A stretch of DNA of 34,439 nucleotides, from the IMG/VR virus record IMGVR_UViG_3300036783_000034, positions 1 to 34,439 of that record. One strand, given 5' to 3'. The notes beneath the pieces were generated by a model. That model was not told the DNA's origin. It worked only from the letters and a program-made list of their open reading frames with translations, and made no database searches. The position numbers were made by a program, and so were the translations under genes. The first letter of the stretch is position 1. Each line of letters opens with the position of its first letter. Source of the stretch: a virus (lineage: Duplodnaviria; Caudoviricetes). Below are positions 16,505-23,990 of the stretch, piece by piece.

Positions 16505-16900
16505 ATGTCCGATCCTGTTTCTGGCACTACGGTAGCGGCTGGTGGTCTGATGGGGGCCAGCATGTTCGGCCTGGCAACCGGCATAGATTACGGTGTGGTG
16601 TTTGGCGCATTCGCTGGTGCGGTGTTCTACGTCGCTACGGCGGTTAATATCAGTCGCCTTAAGCTGGTGGGCTACTTCATCACCTCATTCATCTTCGGCG
16701 TTATCGGCGCTCCACTGCTTGGCTCTTACTTCTCCAAATGGACGGGGTATAGCGACAGGCCACTTGATGCGCTGGGCGCGGTAATCGTTGCCGCTATTGC
16801 TATTAAGCTGCTGACGTTCGTTAACAGCCAGGATTTGGGTAGCCTGTTTGGAATTCTCTCGCGTTTACGTGGTGGAGGGGCCAGCAATGGTAACAAGTGA
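16505..16900 (+). CDS. Putative holin
   Basis: Multi-TM protein; GIDYGVVFGAFAGAVF; first gene of the lysis cassette. Confidence 0.75.
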   Translation: MSDPVSGTTVAAGGLMGASMFGLATGIDYGVVFGAFAGAVFYVATAVNISRLKLVGYFITSFIFGVIGAPLLGSYFSKWTGYSDRPLDALGAVIVAAIAIKLLTFVNSQDLGSLFGILSRLRGGGASNGNK

Positions 16901-17168
16901 TCCGAGTGCGATGGCAAACGCAATTATCTCTGCTGTTATCGTTATTGCACTGATGTTTTACCAGCGAGGCGGGGCTAGACATCGCCCACTGATATCGCTG
17001 ATGGCTTATTTCACGGTGCTGGTTTACGCCAGCGTCCCTTTCCGTTACCTGTTCGGCCTGTACCATGAATCCCATTGGTTTGTGGTGCTGGTCAACGTCC
17101 TGATCTGTGCTGCCGTTCTCTGGGCTCGGGGAAACGTAGCGCGCCTGGTTGATGCACTGAGGCACTAA
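16887..17168 (+). CDS. Second holin-family membrane protein
   Basis: Three hydrophobic segments; [10 protein letters not shown]...ARGNVARL. Confidence 0.7.
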   Translation: MVTSDPSAMANAIISAVIVIALMFYQRGGARHRPLISLMAYFTVLVYASVPFRYLFGLYHESHWFVVLVNVLICAAVLWARGNVARLVDALRH

Positions 17169-17794
17169 TGAACCAATCACAATTTCAAAAGGCGGCTGGG
17201 TTAAGCGCCGAGTTAGCTGCGCGCTGGTTTCAGCTGATCAGTGATGCGATGAAAGAGTTCGGCATCACAAAGCCGGTAGACCAGGCCATGTTCATTGCGC
17301 AGGCTGGGCATGAGTCGACAGGGTTCACCCGGCTACAGGAAAACTTCAACTACAGCATAGCTGGATTAGCTGACTTCATCCGTAAGGGGCGCATCACCCA
17401 GGATCAGGCGAACTCATTGGGTCGACGCCCTGAAGAACGCCTTTTACCGATTGAGCGCCAGTGTGCCATTGCTAACTTGGTATATAGCAAACGCTACGGT
17501 AACAACGCGCCAGGTGATGGATGGAAATACCGTGCGCGTGGACTCATCGGCATCACGTTCCTGGATAACTATCGTGACTGCGGAAATGCCCTGAAGGTCG
17601 ATCTGGTTCAGCAGCCTGAGCTATTAGCCGAACCCATTTATGCAGCCAGAAGCGCGGCATGGTTCTTCGCAACAAAGGGATGCCTGAACTATTCAGATAA
17701 CCTGCTGCAGGTGACGAAGATTATCAACGGCGGAACGAACGGACTTGAAGATCGTCGCGCCCGCTTCGGTCAGTCCAAAACTGTACTGGTGTGA
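17168..17794 (+). CDS. Glycoside hydrolase family 19 endolysin
   Basis: [24 protein letters not shown] and [11 protein letters not shown] motifs. Confidence 0.9.
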   Translation: MNQSQFQKAAGLSAELAARWFQLISDAMKEFGITKPVDQAMFIAQAGHESTGFTRLQENFNYSIAGLADFIRKGRITQDQANSLGRRPEERLLPIERQCAIANLVYSKRYGNNAPGDGWKYRARGLIGITFLDNYRDCGNALKVDLVQQPELLAEPIYAARSAAWFFATKGCLNYSDNLLQVTKIINGGTNGLEDRRARFGQSKTVLV

Positions 17795-17801
17795 GGTTGA
17801 T

Positions 17802-18071
17802 ATGGGATTAGAAACAATCGTCGGTATTGCTGCCCTGGTAATGGCTGCTATCGCTGGTGCTTTTGGCATTGGCCATTCACGCGGCACCAGCAAAGCGGAA
17901 GCTAAAGCCGACCAGCAGCGAACCGAAGAAAAGGCTGCAGCCACTGAAGCAGTAGCCGAACGCCGGGTAGAAGCAACGAAAGAGGCCAGCAATGTACAGC
18001 AAACGGTTAAGCATATGCCTGGCGACGATGTTGATCGTGAGCTGCGCACAAACTGGACCCGCAAGGGTTGA
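17802..18071 (+). CDS. i-spanin (Rz-like)
   Basis: N-terminal TM segment plus Ala/Glu-rich helix, after the endolysin. Confidence 0.7.
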   Translation: MGLETIVGIAALVMAAIAGAFGIGHSRGTSKAEAKADQQRTEEKAAATEAVAERRVEATKEASNVQQTVKHMPGDDVDRELRTNWTRKG

Positions 18072-18222
18072 GGTAGTCGATACAGCGTGTGACTGGGTAA
18101 ATCCTATCTACGCAACAGATCATGACTGGGATGTACTGGATAAGCAGACTAAGCGCGATATCCTGGTGCATAACAAAGCGTGGCAGGCGAACTGTCAGAA
18201 GGAGAAGCTCGAAATCAAGTAG
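17992..18222 (+). CDS. o-spanin (Rz1-like lipoprotein)
   Basis: Signal peptide with lipobox IVSC; overlaps the i-spanin in another frame. Confidence 0.7.
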   Translation: MYSKRLSICLATMLIVSCAQTGPARVEVVDTACDWVNPIYATDHDWDVLDKQTKRDILVHNKAWQANCQKEKLEIK

Positions 18223-18226
18223 CAAA

Positions 18227-18475
18227 GCGGTAAGACCGCAGTCGAAAGGCAATGCAGCAGTCATGATGCTGCCCCGAGTCGCATAATGGCGAGGCTGTGT
18301 AGTGATGGCTGAGGGTTCATAGATCAAAAGAAGCTCCGGTAGAGCAGCGCGAACGCCATACGCGCACCGGTTATTAGCGGCGAAAAAGCGACAGCACCTC
18401 AAGGGCATGAGCGTGGCCACTCCGGGAAGTGGCAGCCATTACAAAGCTCACCTGCTGGTGGGCTTGATAATGGTT
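18227..18475 (+). ncRNA. Candidate multi-stem structured RNA
   Basis: At least 7 hairpins or long-range helices in an intergenic gap (see findings). Confidence 0.45.
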
Positions 18476-18524
18476 ATCCCAACAAGCGGATAAGACAATC
18501 AATATACCCACCAGAGGATAAACA

Positions 18525-18770
18525 ATGTCTGAAATCACTGTTACACCTGCACAGCAGATCCGCTTAAACCTGCTGACGAACCTGAACTATGACACCGCTG
18601 CAGCAGCAGACGCGATTCAGTTTGTTGGTGACGACCCACTGAAGTATCAGCTTTTCGTTAATCAGCTGAGCCGTGTAACTACCGAAATCGGCCCTGTGGC
18701 CAGAACCACGAAAGCTATTAAAGCATCGGAAGAAGCCCTGCTGCTGTTTGTAGGTGAATCTGGCAGTTGA
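18525..18770 (+). CDS. DUF2560-like small phage protein
   Basis: QQIRL...AAAADAIQFVGDDPLK...RTTKAIKASEEALLLF; GAGG SD. Confidence 0.6.
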   Translation: MSEITVTPAQQIRLNLLTNLNYDTAAAADAIQFVGDDPLKYQLFVNQLSRVTTEIGPVARTTKAIKASEEALLLFVGESGS

Positions 18771-18787
18771 TCGTCATCGTAAGTAAC

Positions 18788-18812
18788 AGGCCTCGCAGAC
18801 GCGGGGCTTTTT
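18788..18812 (+). terminator. Terminator
   Basis: GGCCTCGC-AGAC-GCGGGGCT followed by a T run. Confidence 0.7.
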
Positions 18813-18853
18813 AATGCGCTTCGCACGCGCAGAATGAAGAGAGTCTTTCAGTA

Positions 18854-18937
18854 GTGAGCCTGGGTGATGCCGTTAGGTTGCGTTTACCTCTCGGGCGGCA
18901 TTGCCGTGCGGCAGGCTCACGTCTAAAAGGAAACGCA
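18854..18937 (+). promoter_or_regulatory. Structured leader with a loop complementary to the downstream RBS
   Basis: GTGAGCCTG/CAGGCTCAC outer stem; loop TGCGTTTACCT complementary to AGGAAACGCA. Confidence 0.5.
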
Positions 18938-18938
18938 C

Positions 18939-19223
18939 ATGAAAAGCCTTGAAATTAAATATGAGGAAGGAAAATACGTACACCTCATTGTGGATGGCGT
19001 CCTGGTTGAAGGCTTAACCTCGATAATTTTTAACCATGCAGTGGGAGAAGACCTTCCTACTTTGTCAGTAACTACTCAAATCACTGGCAAAATGACACTA
19101 TCCCCTTCTCCTGAAGTTGCGATTAATTTGAGTGGCGATCCAGAACTTCTCAAAATTAAAATTAAAGAAGTGGTTGAAGCGAACTCTGGAAAAATCATGC
19201 GCGATACTGCTGTAAGACGTTGA
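18939..19223 (+). CDS. Hypothetical protein
   Basis: 94-aa ORF with an AAGGA SD; ends 6 nt before the glycosyltransferase start. Confidence 0.65.
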   Translation: MKSLEIKYEEGKYVHLIVDGVLVEGLTSIIFNHAVGEDLPTLSVTTQITGKMTLSPSPEVAINLSGDPELLKIKIKEVVEANSGKIMRDTAVRR

Positions 19224-19229
19224 GGCACC

Positions 19230-20690
19230 ATGATGAATGTTGAAATTGATGGTGTTAGATATGCCCCGGTAACTTCAGCAAGTGTAAAAATCGGAATAGC
19301 GATCACTACCCATAATCGACCCGAAGTGCTTAAGCGTGCCATTGAGCAGCAAATGAAGCATCTGCCATCTGGTGCGCTAGTGGTAGTGATAGACGATGGC
19401 TCAAAACCTGCCGCTGTAGTGCCGGATAGCGTGAAGCTTGTTCGACATGATCAATCACGCGGTATTGTCGCTTCAAAGAACGCGAGCCTTACTGAGCTAA
19501 TGAACGCCGGGTGCGAGCATCTATTCCTGTGGGACGATGATGCTTGGCCAATAGCCGATAATTGGCATCTTCCATATATCGAATCACCAGAGTTGCATCT
19601 GGCATATCAATTTCTTGACCTAGCTGGACCGAGAAAGATTAACGATATGACGGTCCTGTACCGGGACGCTAAGCATATTGCTTATACCGGGCAGCGTGGT
19701 GTGATGCTGTACTACCACTCCAGCGCAATAGACTGGGTTGGCGGGTTTGACCAGGTATACGGTCGCGGAATGTACGAGCATCCTGACTTGGCGCTTCGCA
19801 TTCATAATGCAGGCTTAACGTCGTGGGCGTTCGCTGATGTGGTTGGCTCTGAAAAGCTGATTCATTCGATGGATGAATACGAAGAAGGAGCGCGCTGCAT
19901 ACCGAGGCCTGAACGTGAAGCGCTAGATAAAAAGAACGCTGTTATTTATGGGCAGCGCCGGGATTCAGGATATACAGGCTGGGCCGAATATCGATCTCAG
20001 CGCGACGTGGTAATAACAACGTTGCTCACCAGTCAGCCTGACCCGCAGCGCGGTAAGAAAATGACCGCCTCTCCTGACATGCTGGCTAAATGGGCCTCAT
20101 CGCTTCGGAATTGCGGCCGTATCGCGCTGGTGGATGATCTGCAGGCGGCCCCTCCTGACGTTAAGCTTTACCACGTTCCTGACGTGAAGATGAATGTCTA
20201 TTTCCGGCGCTGGCTGCACATCTGGCAGCACCTGCGAGATCATCCTGAATACCGGTTCGTCTGGTGTACTGATGGAACCGATGTCGAAATGCTTCGCGCG
20301 CCATGGGAAGAAATGCAGCCCGGGAAGGTGTATGTCGGTTCTGAACCGAAGACCTACGCCGACTCCTGGGCGAAACAGAATCATCCTGAGCGTATCTATC
20401 AGGAATTCATTGAAGCGCACCGCGGCGATGTGATGCTTAACGCGGGTCTGCTGGGTGGCACCCGCGCTGATGTAATGGCGTTCGCTCACGGAATCATCCG
20501 TCTTTACTACCGGATAGAGAGTTATCGTTTCTGGAAGAAAGAACAGGCTGGCGCTGCGGTAGGTGACATGCTGGCGTTCGGTATTGTCGCGCGGTCATTT
20601 ACTGACAGGCTGGTCACCGGCCCTCTGGTTCATACCGTTTTCAAGACTGATGGTATCGGTAAGGAGGCGGCATGGTGGAAACACAAGTGA
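19230..20690 (+). CDS. Two-domain glycosyltransferase (N-terminal GT2; C-terminal second GT-A-like domain)
   Basis: IAITTHNR, VIDDGS, FLWDDD, GGFD and YEHPDL motifs; second domain WCTDGTDV...LNAGLLGG. Confidence 0.85.
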   Translation: MMNVEIDGVRYAPVTSASVKIGIAITTHNRPEVLKRAIEQQMKHLPSGALVVVIDDGSKPAAVVPDSVKLVRHDQSRGIVASKNASLTELMNAGCEHLFLWDDDAWPIADNWHLPYIESPELHLAYQFLDLAGPRKINDMTVLYRDAKHIAYTGQRGVMLYYHSSAIDWVGGFDQVYGRGMYEHPDLALRIHNAGLTSWAFADVVGSEKLIHSMDEYEEGARCIPRPEREALDKKNAVIYGQRRDSGYTGWAEYRSQRDVVITTLLTSQPDPQRGKKMTASPDMLAKWASSLRNCGRIALVDDLQAAPPDVKLYHVPDVKMNVYFRRWLHIWQHLRDHPEYRFVWCTDGTDVEMLRAPWEEMQPGKVYVGSEPKTYADSWAKQNHPERIYQEFIEAHRGDVMLNAGLLGGTRADVMAFAHGIIRLYYRIESYRFWKKEQAGAAVGDMLAFGIVARSFTDRLVTGPLVHTVFKTDGIGKEAAWWKHK

Positions 20691-21265
20691 AGTTTGTTGT
20701 GGTTGGCCATCATAAGCGCATTGTTGCGGCTAAGGAGCTATGCGGCATACTCGATGCCCACATGCTCATTGACTACGAAGACCATGGTGCAAACTGGAAC
20801 CATCGACGCGCACTTGAGTGGGCAAAAGAGCAAGGCTGCCACGTTGTTGTGTTAGAGGATGATGCTCTTCCAGTGGAAGGATTTATCTCTTCTGTTTACG
20901 ACTGGATTGAGCGTTACCCCGATTCACTTATCAGCTTCTATCTCGGTACAGGAAGGCCGCCTCAGTATCAGCTTGAGATTGCATCGAAGTTTATCGCTGC
21001 TGATAAGTCTCGGGCTGAATTTATCACGCTCACGCGATTGATACACGGCGTCTGCTACTGTGTCCCACCAAAGCATATCCAGAAAGTTTTGGATAAATGG
21101 AGCCACAGTAAAGCTGCTGATTATGCCGTGGGTGATGCGCACGGAGGACCAGTCATCTACCCGTGTTATTCATTGGTTGATCATGCTGATGGTCAGCCGG
21201 TTGAACCTGCGCGAGATAAACAGCCAAGAACAGAGCGCCGTAAAGCATGGAGGTTGTATGGGTAA
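20672..21265 (+). CDS. GT25-like glycosyltransferase
   Basis: GANWNHRRALEWA, VVLEDDA, HGVCY and SLVDH motifs; AAGGAGG SD. Confidence 0.7.
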   Translation: MVETQVKFVVVGHHKRIVAAKELCGILDAHMLIDYEDHGANWNHRRALEWAKEQGCHVVVLEDDALPVEGFISSVYDWIERYPDSLISFYLGTGRPPQYQLEIASKFIAADKSRAEFITLTRLIHGVCYCVPPKHIQKVLDKWSHSKAADYAVGDAHGGPVIYPCYSLVDHADGQPVEPARDKQPRTERRKAWRLYG

Positions 21266-21626
21266 GCTAAAGACTCTGCGCCCTCGGTTAAAGTCCATTG
21301 ATACCCGACGCATTAAGCCAATGTATGGCGAGAATAGACGAATAAGCGGAAGTGCAAGAGTAGGCCTCAAGCGCAGGATATATGTCCGAGATGGTGGCCA
21401 TTGCTGCATGTGTGGCTGCGTAGTGGATCTGCATGACAGCGAGCTTGACCACCGAATAGCACTGCAGTTTGGTGGCGATAATGAAACCACGAACCTGTGG
21501 ACTCTCTGTATTGAGTGTCATTCTGGAAAGTCGTCCCGTGAAGCAGCAGCAGGTCAGCCAGATGCCGAGGCGCTCAAGCATTCGGTGCCGTCAGGTGAAG
21601 GGCAGGCTGGAATCATTGTGATCTGA
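21258..21626 (+). CDS. HNH endonuclease (terminase cofactor type)
   Basis: RDGGHCCMC...ELDHRIAL..GGDN...NLWTLCIECHSGKS; upstream of terS. Confidence 0.9.
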   Translation: MGKLKTLRPRLKSIDTRRIKPMYGENRRISGSARVGLKRRIYVRDGGHCCMCGCVVDLHDSELDHRIALQFGGDNETTNLWTLCIECHSGKSSREAAAGQPDAEALKHSVPSGEGQAGIIVI

Positions 21627-21633
21627 TGCTAAC

Positions 21634-21706
21634 GATAATGAGTATCATCAACATTGAAATCTAGTTGCACTTGAAATAATTTCGAATGCAAATGATATCG
21701 ATTATC
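21634..21706. promoter_or_regulatory. Two Fur-box-like sequences
   Basis: GATAATGAGTATCATCAAC (15/19) and GCAAATGATATCGATTATC (14/19) versus consensus GATAATGATAATCATTATC. Confidence 0.45.
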
Positions 21707-21715
21707 AGAAACACC

Positions 21716-21790
21716 GGGGGGGGGTATGGTTGGGTGTCAACGCCGATCGCGCTGGACACCGCGCCCCCTCTCACGCACAGAAAAAATTCC
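21716..21790. other. Probable cos packaging region
   Basis: G9 run, then GC-rich CACCGCGCCCCC and an A-tract, between HNH and terS where cos usually lies; cut site not determinable. Confidence 0.5.
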
Positions 21791-21808
21791 CTTTTGGAGG
21801 GTGTTAAC

Positions 21809-22270
21809 GTGTTAACAGGACAAAAGCGCAAATACGCACTGGCGCTGATGTCCGGTTCATCCCAGGCTGAAGCAGCCCGTAAGGCCGGTTATTCCGAGAA
21901 AACCGCAAGGTCACAGGGTTCACGGCTGGCAAAAGACCCGGATGTCATCGCGTTTATCAACAAGAAACGTGCTGCAGATCCATATGATGTACCGACCAGG
22001 GATGAAAGCACTGCACCACCTCCAGTAGTTAACAGCACAGTAAAAACCTTCGAAGACCCTCTCGAATTTCTTAAGTCAGTAATGAACGACACCACAGAAG
22101 AAATTGACACCAGAAAGGATGCCGCCAAGGCAATGTTGCCTTATCTCCATCCGAAGAAAGGTGAGGGGGGTAAAAAAGATGCCCGCCACGCCGCCGCGAA
22201 GGTTGCAGCCACTGCCAGTAAATTCGGTGCCATGGCACCACCAAAGCTGGTGGTCAACAATAAGGTATAA
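21809..22270 (+). CDS. terS: Terminase small subunit
   Basis: GTG start with a GGAGG SD; AEAARKAGYSEKTARSQGSRL HTH. Confidence 0.85.
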   Translation: MLTGQKRKYALALMSGSSQAEAARKAGYSEKTARSQGSRLAKDPDVIAFINKKRAADPYDVPTRDESTAPPPVVNSTVKTFEDPLEFLKSVMNDTTEEIDTRKDAAKAMLPYLHPKKGEGGKKDARHAAAKVAATASKFGAMAPPKLVVNNKV

Positions 22271-22273
22271 CGT

Positions 22274-23932
22274 ATGGCCCAGTGGTCTACCGCCTGCCTC
22301 GATTGGGAACGGCGACTAATTGCTGGTGAGTCAATCATCCCGCCACCAATTTTCCCTGATCAGGCAGAGCAGGCGCTTGGTATTTTCCGTGAGCTCCGTG
22401 TTTCAGACCTGCCTGGTAAACCAACATTCGGTGAATGTTCTGAGGAATGGGTATTTGATTTTGTTAAGGTCATATTTGGTGGGTACGACGCTGAAACAGG
22501 TAACCAGCTTATACGTGAATATGGGTTGCTGATTTCAAAGAAAAACACCAAATCTACCATTGCTGCCGGAATTATGCTTACCGCGCTCATACTTTGCTGG
22601 CGAGAGGATGAGGAGCACCTGATTCTGGCACCAACAAAAGAGGTTGCTGATAACAGCTTCAAGCCAGCGGCCGGAATGATACGTGCTGATGATGAGCTTT
22701 CAGATATGTTCCAGATTCAGGACCATATCAGGACAATCACCCATCGGATTACGAGAAATACCCTTAAGGTTGTAGCCGCTGACACTGACACGGTTTCAGG
22801 TAAAAAATCTGGCCGCATCCTGGTAGACGAGCTCTGGTTGTTCGGAAAACGCTCTAATGCTGAAGCGATGTTTATGGAGGCCCTTGGCGGTCAGGTATCA
22901 CGTAATGAAGGTTGGGTGATCTTTCTGACCACGCAGAGCGATGAGCCCCCGGCTGGGGTTTTCAAGGAACGATTGGATTACTGGCGTGATGTCAGGGACG
23001 GAAAAATATCGGACCAAAAAACGTTGGGCATACTCTACGAGTTCCCTGAGGAGATGGTGGAGAAAAAAGCCTATCTGGATCCTGAAAATTTCTACATCAC
23101 AAACCCAAATATTGGTCGCTCGGTAAGCGCTGAGTGGATAGCCGATCAGCTTCGTAAGAACCAGGCCAAAACAGACGGAACTCTTCAGCAGTTTTTGGCA
23201 AAGCACCTGAATATCGAAATAGGCCTTAACCTCAGAACTGACCGCTGGGCAGGCGTTGATTTCTGGGAGCCGCAAATCAGGCCGGTGACCTTCACAGATA
23301 TCTTGCAGCGTGCTGAGGTTGCCACTGTTGGTATAGATGGCGGCGGCCTTGATGACCTGCTTGGTCTTTACGTGATCGGGCGGGACAAAAATACTCGTGA
23401 ATGGATTGGATGGGGGCATGCCTGGGCGCATGAAATTGCAGTACGCCGCCGAAAAAGTGAGGAGTCACGTTTCAACGATTTCGTTAAGGCTGGTGATCTG
23501 ACCATCGTAAAACGTGTAGGTCAAGACACTGAAGAGGTCGCTGAATATGTCAGCCGTATCAATGATGCTGAACTGCTGGACAAAATCGGCATTGACCCGT
23601 CAGGAGTTGGTCAGATCCTTGATGCTCTCGTCGAGGCTGAAATACCTGAAGATTCGGTAGTTGGCGTGAGCCAGGGCTGGCGGCTTGGTGGTGCGATAAA
23701 GACCACAGAGCGCAAGCTTGCCGAAGGTGTTCTCATTCATGGCGGTCAGCCTTTAATGGCCTGGTGTGTTGGCAACGCAAGGGTAGAACCCAAAGGTAAC
23801 GCAATACTCATTACCAAACAGGCCAGCGGGAAGGGAAAGATTGACCCACTAATGGCCCTGTTCAATGCCGTTTCGCTAATGGCTCTTAATCCCGAAGCGA
23901 AGAAAAAAGATTACCAGGTATTTTTCATATAA
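22274..23932 (+). CDS. terL: Terminase large subunit
   Basis: KKNTKST Walker A-like, ILVDELW Walker B, GIDGG and KIDPLMA nuclease motifs. Confidence 0.93.
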   Translation: MAQWSTACLDWERRLIAGESIIPPPIFPDQAEQALGIFRELRVSDLPGKPTFGECSEEWVFDFVKVIFGGYDAETGNQLIREYGLLISKKNTKSTIAAGIMLTALILCWREDEEHLILAPTKEVADNSFKPAAGMIRADDELSDMFQIQDHIRTITHRITRNTLKVVAADTDTVSGKKSGRILVDELWLFGKRSNAEAMFMEALGGQVSRNEGWVIFLTTQSDEPPAGVFKERLDYWRDVRDGKISDQKTLGILYEFPEEMVEKKAYLDPENFYITNPNIGRSVSAEWIADQLRKNQAKTDGTLQQFLAKHLNIEIGLNLRTDRWAGVDFWEPQIRPVTFTDILQRAEVATVGIDGGGLDDLLGLYVIGRDKNTREWIGWGHAWAHEIAVRRRKSEESRFNDFVKAGDLTIVKRVGQDTEEVAEYVSRINDAELLDKIGIDPSGVGQILDALVEAEIPEDSVVGVSQGWRLGGAIKTTERKLAEGVLIHGGQPLMAWCVGNARVEPKGNAILITKQASGKGKIDPLMALFNAVSLMALNPEAKKKDYQVFFI

Positions 23933-23948
23933 ATCACACGTCAGTTAA

Positions 23949-23971
23949 TGACCCGCTACGGCGGGTTTTTT
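23949..23971 (+). terminator. Terminator after terL
   Basis: ACCCGC-TACG-GCGGGT followed by a T run. Confidence 0.7.
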
Positions 23972-23990
23972 CGTTTCTGGAGGACAGTAA

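Noticed and set aside
18007-18420. 137-aa minus-strand ORF over the structured region
   Set aside because: Antisense to the spanins, with no recognisable motif or RBS; likely a shadow ORF
18227-18475. Retron msr-msd or group I/II intron interpretation
   Set aside because: No reverse transcriptase or maturase nearby, no interrupted gene, and no recognisable intron core
19230-21265. Classical gtrABC serotype-conversion cassette
   Set aside because: No flippase or membrane transferase, no TM segments, and located in the late operon rather than near att
21716-21724. G9 tract as a phase-variation switch
   Set aside because: It lies upstream of the likely terS start (21809) and fits better as part of the cos region
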